DNA of 51,497 nucleotides from a virus (taxonomy: Duplodnaviria; Caudoviricetes). The notes beneath the pieces were generated by a model. The model searched no databases and was not told the DNA's origin. It saw nothing but the letters and a program-made list of their open reading frames with translations. The stretch covers positions 1 to 51,497 of IMG/VR virus record IMGVR_UViG_3300027887_000015. One strand, given 5' to 3'. Positions 44,447-51,497 of this stretch are shown here, one piece after another. How positions within the stretch are numbered: the stretch's first letter is position 1; the number at the start of each line of letters is the position of its first letter. Position numbers and translations under genes: made by a program.

Positions 44447-45028
44447 CTACAGCTTGGACAATGCCTCGACTAAAAGAGAGTCTGCCTCGTGCTTTGTCAA
44501 AGAGGAGATATCCAGACAGTCAATGAAGTCGGTGCCACCGGCAGGAAGCATCCCACGCACACGAGCAAGAGCCTCTCGTTGCTCTGCCGTAATGGTCTCT
44601 AAGGTTTGGTGAACTGCGAACTTCTCCTCGTTAGGAGTAGGAGCCACTTTCTCCTTCGGCTTCTTCTCCCCGTTAACATCGGAAGAGTCCCCATAGAACT
44701 TTCCGAAAAAGTCGTTAGGGTCCACAGGAAAAGGTGCAATGAAGTCAGAAGCGTCTACCTTCTTCGGCTTGCCAGGAGTAACAAAAAGACTAGTAGAAGA
44801 CGACTGGGTGTAGTCCTCTGGTTGACCAATGACGCTGATCTTGTCCAAATCCACCCAGAAGAACTTGTCGGGGTCCGTCAGGAAATGAAGCTTGGCTCGC
44901 AGCCCAAACTTGGTCTTGCCCGCATAGTCGATCACGTACTCGTGACCTTTGTAGATGCAGTGCTTTCCAGAGTAGGGGGATGCCGCCTTAGCTACCAGCA
45001 TGGTGCCCTCCAGTGAAACTAAGTTCAC
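44447..45028 (-). CDS. Hypothetical protein (193 aa)
   Basis: SH3-like beta N-terminus; LTKHEADSLL C-terminus; GTGA coupling. Confidence 0.65.
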   Translation of the reverse strand: MNLVSLEGTMLVAKAASPYSGKHCIYKGHEYVIDYAGKTKFGLRAKLHFLTDPDKFFWVDLDKISVIGQPEDYTQSSSTSLFVTPGKPKKVDASDFIAPFPVDPNDFFGKFYGDSSDVNGEKKPKEKVAPTPNEEKFAVHQTLETITAEQREALARVRGMLPAGGTDFIDCLDISSLTKHEADSLLVEALSKL

Positions 45029-45183
45029 TCGTCAAGTCTACCGTTGCCCACTTCCAAAACCTCTAGGACGGCTGGGCAAGTCTTTGCCCGCTGCTTCATG
45101 GCGACCACTGCCGCCGAGAGCGTCTTGCGGCGAGCCACGATCTTCTTGGAGTCCTTGAGTCTGACTGCGTAGCGAGCGTTCAT
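45025..45183 (-). CDS. Small basic hypothetical protein (52 aa)
   Basis: GGAGGT RBS; MNARYAVRLKDSKKIVARRKTLSAAVVAMKQRAK...; fills the gap exactly. Confidence 0.65.
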   Translation of the reverse strand: MNARYAVRLKDSKKIVARRKTLSAAVVAMKQRAKTCPAVLEVLEVGNGRLDE

Positions 45184-45192
45184 GTTTACCTC

Positions 45193-45510
45193 CTAGTAAG
45201 GGGCGCAACCGTAGTACCCCGCCTCCGGGTACGGAGGCTCGTAGGGGTACTCGCTGCTCGTGAAATGCTCGTTGTCGAATCTCCGCTTGTGGGCAGTATT
45301 GTAGACCCGCTGATACTCGACTGGCGCGTCCTTCAAGAAGGTCCGCACCGCTTCGAACTGCGCCTCGCCTCTACGCCACACTCCGAAGTCGTCGGAGTAA
45401 GCGTAGTACCAGTCAAGCGACTGCTCCAGCCACTCAACGAACTGGGAGACGGTGTAGCTCTGCAGCACCGTCAGGTAGTTGGGCTCGACGTACTTGGTAT
45501 GAAGTGCCAT
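45193..45510 (-). CDS. Hypothetical early protein
   Basis: DWYYAYSDDFGVWRRG motif; GAGGGG RBS. Confidence 0.7.
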   Translation of the reverse strand: MALHTKYVEPNYLTVLQSYTVSQFVEWLEQSLDWYYAYSDDFGVWRRGEAQFEAVRTFLKDAPVEYQRVYNTAHKRRFDNEHFTSSEYPYEPPYPEAGYYGCAPY

Positions 45511-45511
45511 C

Positions 45512-45826
45512 TCAGTTCCCCCTCTGCCAGTAAGCAACGGTCTCAGGCTCTTCGCCCCACGGTGCGGTCTGCAAACGGACCTCGATCACCTTGCCGACAC
45601 GGGGCTCGACATAACCACCCTCAAGGCCAGGGTAGACCTGGACCCAACCACCACGAGTCACCTTGACCCAGGTGATCTTGCCGCGCAGACGACCCTTGTG
45701 CTTGCCACGCACGAAGCGGCCCAGCGACTCGATCTTCTCCTCGGGAAAGTAACGACGAGCCATCTCCTCACCAAAGTCGGTGAAGAGGAAGGCATCGCGA
45801 GTTGAAAATTCAGCTCGGTTAACCAT
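45512..45826 (-). CDS. Hypothetical early protein
   Basis: TAAGGAG RBS, first gene after a promoter. Confidence 0.72.
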   Translation of the reverse strand: MVNRAEFSTRDAFLFTDFGEEMARRYFPEEKIESLGRFVRGKHKGRLRGKITWVKVTRGGWVQVYPGLEGGYVEPRVGKVIEVRLQTAPWGEEPETVAYWQRGN

Positions 45827-45851
45827 CACACACTCCTTAGTGACTAAGATC

Positions 45852-45880
45852 ATGCTCTCACAGAAGGGAAAGATTGTCAA
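45852..45880 (-). promoter_or_regulatory. Sigma70-like promoter
   Basis: TTGACA-N17-GAGCAT directly after a terminator U-tract; weak -10. Confidence 0.5.
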
Positions 45881-45881
45881 C

Positions 45882-45911
45882 AAAAAAAGGCCGGGAGGGT
45901 TACCCCCGGCC
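45882..45911 (-). terminator. Rho-independent terminator
   Basis: GGCCGGG...CCCGGCC followed by T7. Confidence 0.8.
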
Positions 45912-46005
45912 AAAACGAGGAGAGCAATACGGGGTGGATGCAACCCCGCACCGGAGACTCTACCATTGGTTTGTGCTCCTGAGCCCTTGACAAGGCTAAA
46001 GACTT

Positions 46006-46302
46006 ATGTCTGTCATCACAAGAATAAAAAAGAGGCTGGACTACGGACCAGACACCTTTTACCCCTACCAGGACACCACCAACAACCACTTGGTGGAGGC
46101 TCTGCGACTCCCCGAAGATGCTCTCGTAGAGACGGACAAGGGCAGCCTCACTCTCATACCTCAAGGGTTCTACTTGGTACGCTCCCTGTCTGAAATGGTA
46201 GCGGTGCCTCCCGCGCAGTTTCTCAAAAACTATATCCCCATAGGGCATCGAGAACCTGCGCGGAAGAGCGGGATTAAGCCCTGTGTGCCCAAGCCACGAT
46301 AG
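46006..46302 (+). CDS. Hypothetical protein, the only plausible plus-strand gene
   Basis: Fills a gap in minus-strand coding; VETDKG....QGFYLV......V....F.KNY pattern. Confidence 0.55.
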   Translation: MSVITRIKKRLDYGPDTFYPYQDTTNNHLVEALRLPEDALVETDKGSLTLIPQGFYLVRSLSEMVAVPPAQFLKNYIPIGHREPARKSGIKPCVPKPR

Positions 46303-46483
46303 CCTCTCTCGCTCGACGCTTCGGTAACGGCTTCCATTTCGGAAACGTCGCCTCCAGGAAGGCATCCACCTCGGTCTCTGCCTCCCGCACAGAAGCGTAA
46401 GCCAGCGCATCCTCCTCAGTGTCGAACATCTTCCCGTCTACCTCGTAGCGAGTGACGGGGACCATTTTGATTTCCATGCTCAT
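46274..46483 (-). CDS. Hypothetical protein (69 aa)
   Basis: YEVDGKMFDTEEDALAY motif; GAGGT RBS, ATGA coupling. Confidence 0.7.
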   Translation of the reverse strand: MSMEIKMVPVTRYEVDGKMFDTEEDALAYASVREAETEVDAFLEATFPKWKPLPKRRAREAIVAWAHRA

Positions 46484-46668
46484 CGGTATACCTCTAGGGT
46501 CTTAGGGTTGGGGAGATACGGACTTGCGTCCGCTTGTTTTCGCCGCTCATAACGCGAGAAGCGAAGCTCGTTGCATCGGTCCTCCTCCTTAACCCTCTGC
46601 TCTTCAGAGGAGGGGGAGTACCACTTGCGAAAATCTTCGGAGGAACAAGTAAGCAGCAGCTCTTTCAT
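46480..46668 (-). CDS. Hypothetical protein (62 aa)
   Basis: GGAG RBS; coupled to the next gene. Confidence 0.55.
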   Translation of the reverse strand: MKELLLTCSSEDFRKWYSPSSEEQRVKEEDRCNELRFSRYERRKQADASPYLPNPKTLEVYR

Positions 46669-46713
46669 GCCATCACTCCACTCCTTTCGATGGCAGGAGA
46701 ATAGTCTTAGCTA

Positions 46714-47022
46714 TCAGTCTTTGTCAAGTGGAGGATAGTCGTTTGTCTCGCCAAGGTTGCCGTCAGCAGTGATTACTCTGCCCACGTAGTGGTTGTCATG
46801 CCACCCTCGCATCCACTTGGTCCCGTAAGGCCGAAGCACATCAGCCAGGGCAGAGACCACCTCTTCGGTCATCGTCAGTCTAGAGCAGGGCTCTACCCAG
46901 GCAGTATCGTCCGAATCGAAGGTCACCAGGATCTCGCCCAAACAAAACGGATGGGACAAAGAGTCCTTCTCCTCCATCACATGGAGGTGGAGGGTGTAGG
47001 GGAGCAGGGATAAGGATCTCAC
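46714..47022 (-). CDS. Hypothetical protein (102 aa)
   Basis: Abuts the upstream stop codon; fills the gap. Confidence 0.55.
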   Translation of the reverse strand: MRSLSLLPYTLHLHVMEEKDSLSHPFCLGEILVTFDSDDTAWVEPCSRLTMTEEVVSALADVLRPYGTKWMRGWHDNHYVGRVITADGNLGETNDYPPLDKD

Positions 47023-47427
47023 TTACTTGTGGTTTCCGCCTGTGCCGGAGACACAAGCCGAAACGTCGGTACATACCCTGTCAAAACGGCTTTCCAATGA
47101 CTGTACTCGGAGTCTTGTTTCGACACATCGCTCTGATACTCCAGCGACTGCTGTTTCGAGCTTCTCGATACGTGTTCGAAGTTCTGCGCCGTTTGCTGCC
47201 GTGAAGCGGTCTCCCACATTTTTGAAACCGTTGAATTCAGAGCGTAGCTCGGCGACATCGGCACGGATGCCATTGCGATCAAGCTCAGAAACAATGACAG
47301 AATCACGGATAGCCAAAGCAGTAGCCGAGACCCCAAGGATAGCGGCTGAGATAACAGCCGCCGAAAGATTGACTCCGAACTTTTTCGCGAAAAAGGAAAG
47401 CTTGGGTGTGTCTTCAGTGTCGCCCAC
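47023..47427 (-). CDS. Membrane-anchored coiled-coil protein
   Basis: One hydrophobic helix (GVNLSAAVISAAILGVSATALAI) then heptads. Confidence 0.6.
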   Translation of the reverse strand: MGDTEDTPKLSFFAKKFGVNLSAAVISAAILGVSATALAIRDSVIVSELDRNGIRADVAELRSEFNGFKNVGDRFTAANGAELRTRIEKLETAVAGVSERCVETRLRVQSLESRFDRVCTDVSACVSGTGGNHK

Positions 47428-47475
47428 ATCACTCTACTCCATAGTGTCTCTAGCCTAATTGTACAGGCTCCTCAT

Positions 47476-47501
47476 AAAGAAAAGCCCCTCAAAGAGGGGC
47501 T
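47476..47501 (-). terminator. Rho-independent terminator
   Basis: AGCCCCTC-TTT-GAGGGGCT followed by TTTCTTT. Confidence 0.8.
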
Positions 47502-47527
47502 AGAAACGCAGATTCAAAAAGTGCGAC

Positions 47528-47851
47528 CTACTTAGCACTTGCTGGATACAGAGAATTACGCACGAAATGCATCAGGCTATGCAGGTTTGGTTTGCCAGCT
47601 ATCTGCACAATAGCTGGAGGTACTGCGGGGCTTGAAGAGTAGTCTCCTGGAGAGACGATTGTCAGCATCTCGGTATCGGAATCGTAACGCGCAAAACACC
47701 ACCCAAGATCAGCCGTGTTGCGACGTTTGACAAACTCCCTAGGCTTAGGTGCCGCCTCTTCCTCATTCACAACCACCTCTACGTCTTCTGGGTTAAGAGG
47801 GGCATCGCTAGAATCACGGTGCAGAGTTTTACGCCTATGAGCATACGTCAT
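47528..47851 (-). CDS. Hypothetical protein
   Basis: ATGA coupling; ends before the terminator. Confidence 0.6.
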   Translation of the reverse strand: MTYAHRRKTLHRDSSDAPLNPEDVEVVVNEEEAAPKPREFVKRRNTADLGWCFARYDSDTEMLTIVSPGDYSSSPAVPPAIVQIAGKPNLHSLMHFVRNSLYPASAK

Positions 47852-48138
47852 TGTCCAGCCCTTTTCTTCTGTACCTTCTTGACTCTTCGGCTACGTGCAA
47901 GGATGTCCTGGTACTTCGGAAGAGTACGAAACGCATGAGCATCACGAGCAATAGCTTTACCTGCCTGAGTAACGCTTACGGTAGTAATCTCTCTAACCGT
48001 CTTAGCGTAGTCAATGGTAGCCAGCCCTCTGGCAGAGAGAGCACTGACCGTCAGGATATTAGTGTACAGCAAATCAACAGGCTTTTGAGATGCCTGCTCC
48101 AACAAAGACAACTGAGGTTCAGTCAAAAACATAGTCAC
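47848..48138 (-). CDS. Winged-helix-like hypothetical protein
   Basis: LTEPQLSLL...TVSALSARGLA...VTQAGK. Confidence 0.55.
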   Translation of the reverse strand: MTMFLTEPQLSLLEQASQKPVDLLYTNILTVSALSARGLATIDYAKTVREITTVSVTQAGKAIARDAHAFRTLPKYQDILARSRRVKKVQKKRAGQ

Positions 48139-48395
48139 TCCTTTCGTCTAATCCATGGTCTATGCAAGGCCAGCATTTCCATCTCGCTAGGAATAACCAC
48201 CTCCCTCTGCTTGAGCAGAGTGATGTAATGCTGCCTGCACGCATCTGACTTGCGCCGGAATCCAAACCCAGCAAGGTCCTTCGCCACCTTCACCCACTGA
48301 TTGACATGAACACTTGCCAACCGCATCAACAACGCATCCTCGTCTTCAGTCCATGGCATGTCCTTACCATTCCCCCTACCAAACCTTCCTCTCAT
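48135..48395 (-). CDS. Myb/SANT-like domain protein
   Basis: PWTEDEDALL...NQWVKVAK.L...RKSDACRQHY. Confidence 0.7.
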   Translation of the reverse strand: MRGRFGRGNGKDMPWTEDEDALLMRLASVHVNQWVKVAKDLAGFGFRRKSDACRQHYITLLKQREVVIPSEMEMLALHRPWIRRKE

Positions 48396-48586
48396 GCAGA
48401 GTCTTTCTCTCGATCAGCTAAAAACCAAGCCCCCCCGGAGGCTAGCCACGCAGTTTTGTACTCGTACCGCAAAAAGCGAACGACCTCAGAGAGTGGGTAG
48501 CTCTCGGAAAGAAGATGCAAGGCTCTCTCGAAAGCCCTCTCACACAGAACCCTCTCACCCTCAGCGTCATCATTACGAATCGACAT
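48392..48586 (-). CDS. Hypothetical protein
   Basis: In a chain of coupled small ORFs; RBS present. Confidence 0.5.
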   Translation of the reverse strand: MSIRNDDAEGERVLCERAFERALHLLSESYPLSEVVRFLRYEYKTAWLASGGAWFLADREKDSA

Positions 48587-48589
48587 GAC

Positions 48590-48802
48590 CTACTCCTTGT
48601 TAACGACCTCCTTATTTTCTCTACCAAGGTTGTCGCTGGCAACTTGTTTTTCATGCTCCGGGTGCCAAAAACCGTGAGCGGTATTCCAGCCAGTAAAGTA
48701 AGCTCTGTAGTTCACTGACTCTTTGTGGTCAGAGCTATAGCAGCCTGCCACCATGAGAGGTGGCAAGTAGTGACTGAACCCCAGCAAAACTTTCTTGGTC
48801 AT
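48590..48802 (-). CDS. Hypothetical protein
   Basis: ATGA coupling; YRAYFTGWN. Confidence 0.5.
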   Translation of the reverse strand: MTKKVLLGFSHYLPPLMVAGCYSSDHKESVNYRAYFTGWNTAHGFWHPEHEKQVASDNLGRENKEVVNKE

Positions 48803-49797
48803 ACGACCCTCACATCTCGTGGCTTCGCCGCACCTACGCCCACCAACGTGGGCTTGATCCAGATGCGCTTGTACTCACCAGTAGTCTTGTACGGTTGGTT
48901 ACGCACATGCCCTCGACGCCAGTGCGGCGACACCTTCCACCCCTCAGAGTGCGCTCGCTCGATGACCGCACGCACATGCTGTGGATGCGTAATGTTGAGC
49001 GTACGGTAAGGCGGGATGAGAGGCTTTCCCTTTGCTGCCCTCTTCTTGTTGAGCTTGTCTGGTGAAGGGAGCACCTCAATCGGAGCCTTAGGGGAAGAGA
49101 GGATAGCCAGGAATGCCATAGCGATACGCATCTCATCCATGACAGCAATGCCGTCTTCACGAGTAGTCTCCTTCTTGCCTATCTCAATAGGCACCAGGAC
49201 CGGCTCGTTGGGATACGAACCAAAGATGATGCCGGTGTCGTTCAGCCAGTGCTCGATGTTGTCGAGAGCAGTGCCTCCTATCCGCACAAAGTTCTGCCCG
49301 CAGATCCAGCCATTGGGATACCCTGGCATCAATGTCCTGGGGTCCTCAACCTCGTATTCCCAAAACGGCAACAGAAAGAAGTCACGATCCATGTCCTCAT
49401 CATCCATTAACCGTTGCAGGAGAGCCGTCTCTTCGTCCTCCTTTCCTGGGCTCATAGTCAGCTCTAGCAACGCTTTGCGCGTCACCAACAAACAGAAGCG
49501 ATTGCGGCACGGGTCTGCGTTCGTAGGGACCGGCAGCCCTAGCCGCTCGTAGTCAAAACGAAACTCGACCACCATGATCGGATAGGGCAGCGAGGTGCCT
49601 TTGAACACCTCGTTGCTGGGGAAGGTATTCCACACGAGATCCAAAGCATCGGGAGACAGACTCCAATGCACAGCCTCCGATAGCAGCCGCTGAAACACGC
49701 TCAGCATTGCCTGCGTGTGTCCAGGCTGCTCTATCTTTGTGGACAGGAAGCGCAATGCCTCCTGTGCATGAACAGTAAAGGCGCGAAGATTCTTCAT
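48799..49797 (-). CDS. Hypothetical phage protein with C-terminal SPHWRRGH motif
   Basis: KLNKKRAAKGK...SPHWRRGHVRNQ...IWIKPTLV. Confidence 0.75.
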   Translation of the reverse strand: MKNLRAFTVHAQEALRFLSTKIEQPGHTQAMLSVFQRLLSEAVHWSLSPDALDLVWNTFPSNEVFKGTSLPYPIMVVEFRFDYERLGLPVPTNADPCRNRFCLLVTRKALLELTMSPGKEDEETALLQRLMDDEDMDRDFFLLPFWEYEVEDPRTLMPGYPNGWICGQNFVRIGGTALDNIEHWLNDTGIIFGSYPNEPVLVPIEIGKKETTREDGIAVMDEMRIAMAFLAILSSPKAPIEVLPSPDKLNKKRAAKGKPLIPPYRTLNITHPQHVRAVIERAHSEGWKVSPHWRRGHVRNQPYKTTGEYKRIWIKPTLVGVGAAKPRDVRVV

Positions 49798-49973
49798 CGC
49801 ACAGTCACGTTGCCATGCTTATCGATCTTGAGACCGACTGCCTTCGCAGCATCGATGGCTTCAGCTTTCGTGTTGAACAGCCGCTGCCCACCGGCAGGAC
49901 CGTCAAGTGAAATCAATTGCTCGCCGAACTTGAAGACCCAGGCTTGGTTAACGGGAAGGAAGACCATCCTCAT
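49794..49973 (-). CDS. Hypothetical protein
   Basis: GGAGGAGGT RBS; MVFLPVNQAWVFKFG...F.TK.EA. Confidence 0.6.
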   Translation of the reverse strand: MRMVFLPVNQAWVFKFGEQLISLDGPAGGQRLFNTKAEAIDAAKAVGLKIDKHGNVTVR

Positions 49974-49974
49974 C

Positions 49975-50256
49975 TCACACCTCCTCCTGATTGGTGTCGA
50001 AGTCGCCCAGGATCGCATGGCCCATGCGCGTGTCTGGGGTGGACCCGTCATCGGTGACACACTCGGTGTCGATCACCGTGACGTAGTAGCGCAGCATCTG
50101 CCGAAGCTTCTCGACCATCTCCTGTGCTTCGACCTTGTCAACGATAGCGTTCTCAAGGTCCCGCATAAGAATGTTGATCTCAACATTCCGGTTGTCGATG
50201 ATCTTCTCCAGGCGAGCTGCCCGATTGCGCTGGAAGGCAAGTTCACGGTTGTCCAT
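49975..50256 (-). CDS. Hypothetical coiled-coil protein
   Basis: TAAGGAG RBS, first gene after a promoter. Confidence 0.65.
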   Translation of the reverse strand: MDNRELAFQRNRAARLEKIIDNRNVEINILMRDLENAIVDKVEAQEMVEKLRQMLRYYVTVIDTECVTDDGSTPDTRMGHAILGDFDTNQEEV

Positions 50257-50301
50257 CTCACACTCCTTAGAGAAGGGGGCTGGTGCCCCAGGAACATCAG
50301 C

Positions 50302-50331
50302 ATAGTCTCACGAGCCTAAGGCGTTTGTCAA
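50302..50331 (-). promoter_or_regulatory. Sigma70-like promoter
   Basis: TTGACA-N18-GACTAT in an intergenic gap. Confidence 0.6.
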
Positions 50332-50684
50332 GTTGGGAATAAAGTTCCTTGTGGAGACGGGGGCGGAAGACCCTCGAAATCCGCAGCCACCGGGCGAATG
50401 ATGAACTTGCCTCGTAGCTCCGGGTTGTTCTTCATTAGCTCACGGGCATAGTAGGCATGATGCGCGTTAGGCATCTTGATTTTCTTCGGAGGGCAAGAAG
50501 GATTCTCTGGGTTCTCCTCGGCAGCGGGAAAATGCAGAGTGCCCCGCACCTGTTCATACAGCTTTTTGATAGACAATCGAGTAGCACCTCTCCGCACTTC
50601 AGAGAGAGCAAGGTACTCCAACGCAGCGTACACCCAGGGATGCGTTGCGTGAAACGCAAGGAACCTCTCTCCCAGCGTGCTCAT
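50328..50684 (-). CDS. Hypothetical phage protein
   Basis: F..FH..HP.VY...N.H.AYYAR.LM...P.L.G.F pattern; start MSTLG at 50684. Confidence 0.7.
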   Translation of the reverse strand: MSTLGERFLAFHATHPWVYAALEYLALSEVRRGATRLSIKKLYEQVRGTLHFPAAEENPENPSCPPKKIKMPNAHHAYYARELMKNNPELRGKFIIRPVAADFEGLPPPSPQGTLFPT

Positions 50685-50767
50685 TTTCCTACCCCCATCA
50701 AGAAGCGCCAAAACTCGACAACCAAATACACCGTCACCACGATGCCAACAAAAATTGCCTCAGTCAT
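50681..50767 (-). CDS. 28 aa single-TM peptide
   Basis: MTEAIFVGIVVTVYLVVEFWRFLMGVGK*; overlaps both neighbours and fills the gap. Confidence 0.45.
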   Translation of the reverse strand: MTEAIFVGIVVTVYLVVEFWRFLMGVGK

Positions 50768-51026
50768 TGCTAAGTGCCTTGACCATAGAAGCCCGCAGCA
50801 AACGAGTAAACTCCTTGGACCGCATCACATCGTAGACAATGTCGTCCAGGTAATCCTTGTTCTGCTGCAGTCGTTTCAGCAAATGGTCCTCGACAGCAGC
50901 GAGCAATTTCGGGTACAGCCGGTCAGCCACTGCATCGAAGTCCTTCGCAGACATCTTCTTCTTCAGAGATTGGACGATGAGCGATTGAATCGCACCGGTC
51001 ACCAAATCATTTGGAGTAGCCATCAA
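50760..51026 (-). CDS. Hypothetical protein
   Basis: GAGGAG RBS; coupled. Confidence 0.6.
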   Translation of the reverse strand: MMATPNDLVTGAIQSLIVQSLKKKMSAKDFDAVADRLYPKLLAAVEDHLLKRLQQNKDYLDDIVYDVMRSKEFTRLLRASMVKALSND

Positions 51027-51490
51027 ACTTCTCCTCTGAGTTGCTCAAGCAAGCGTTTGTTTTCTGCATCACGAGCGGCAAGCACCTCGACGTAACCTGC
51101 ACACGCTCGTTCCCACGTAGCAATGGTATTACGCATACGCTTGATGTCTTCAACAGCAGCCTCCATTGCAGCACCGAGATCACCTTCCCAGGCAATGCCT
51201 TCAATAGATAACCAAGCCTTCGCAGCCCGGTCAATAACGCCCTCCAACCGAGCTATTTCTGCATTCCGATTTCTCACAATCGCATTGTGATTATCGAGGT
51301 GTATGCAATGCCCTAATTCAGAACGTAACCGCTCAACCTCAGCCTTCAGATCATCAACCTGCTCAACTGTTTTTCGCAGATCATCAATCCATCCATCCGA
51401 CGCATTTGCCTTCAACCACCCACGTTCAATCTCACGCAACCGCTCAATTTCAGCGGTCTTGCTTCTCTGATCTTCTTCTCGCAAATCCAT
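51023..51490 (-). CDS. Coiled-coil hypothetical protein (may start outside the window)
   Basis: Repeated AEIERL / AEVERL / AEIARL heptads. Confidence 0.6.
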   Translation of the reverse strand: MDLREEDQRSKTAEIERLREIERGWLKANASDGWIDDLRKTVEQVDDLKAEVERLRSELGHCIHLDNHNAIVRNRNAEIARLEGVIDRAAKAWLSIEGIAWEGDLGAAMEAAVEDIKRMRNTIATWERACAGYVEVLAARDAENKRLLEQLRGEV

Positions 51491-51497
51491 TGCAGCC

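Noticed and set aside
47023-47427. Holin or spanin call
   Set aside because: No adjacent endolysin or lipoprotein signal; one TM helix is not enough
47019-47432. 137 aa ORF overlapping 47023-47427 in another frame
   Set aside because: Ser-rich shadow frame; the 134 aa frame has a coherent TM plus coiled-coil structure
1-51497. tRNA or rRNA genes
   Set aside because: No cloverleaf or rRNA-like segment recognised in the few short intergenic gaps; not checked computationally

Overview
A ~51.5 kb segment of a tailed dsDNA phage genome (siphovirus-type, long tape measure protein, no sheath gene seen), almost entirely coded on the minus strand. In transcription order (right to left): small early genes behind repeated TTGACA promoters (one has a Myb/SANT-like domain); a GP88-like protein and a frameshifted DNA topoisomerase IB; a truncated PPDK-like dikinase, a CsrA-like gene and two CX5R phosphatases; a family A DNA polymerase; a PBSX-type portal; an ~11 kb accessory block; XkdF-type prohead protease, scaffold, major capsid, connector, tail tube, G/GT chaperone, tape measure and tail-tip genes. 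No terminase, integrase or clear lysis genes are in the window. The main observation is a short peptide tag, roughly [hydrophobic]-x-K-x(1-7)-N-[P/D/E]-[C/N/Y]-H-x(3-10)-G-[Q/K/R]-F(-C), present 11 times. It sits at the start of unrelated modules (HD hydrolase, two JAB/MPN, zincin, three ART-like, GP88-like, topoisomerase IB, two unknown), both at protein N-termini and inside polyproteins. Each copy follows a Lys motif like those at the probable maturation sites of the capsid, portal and scaffold, and several modules are followed by a small coupled partner ORF. One tagged ART module appears to have split the MuF gene. I infer a modular, protease-processed, capsid-packaged effector cargo system. 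All product calls come from visual motif recognition, not database searches.
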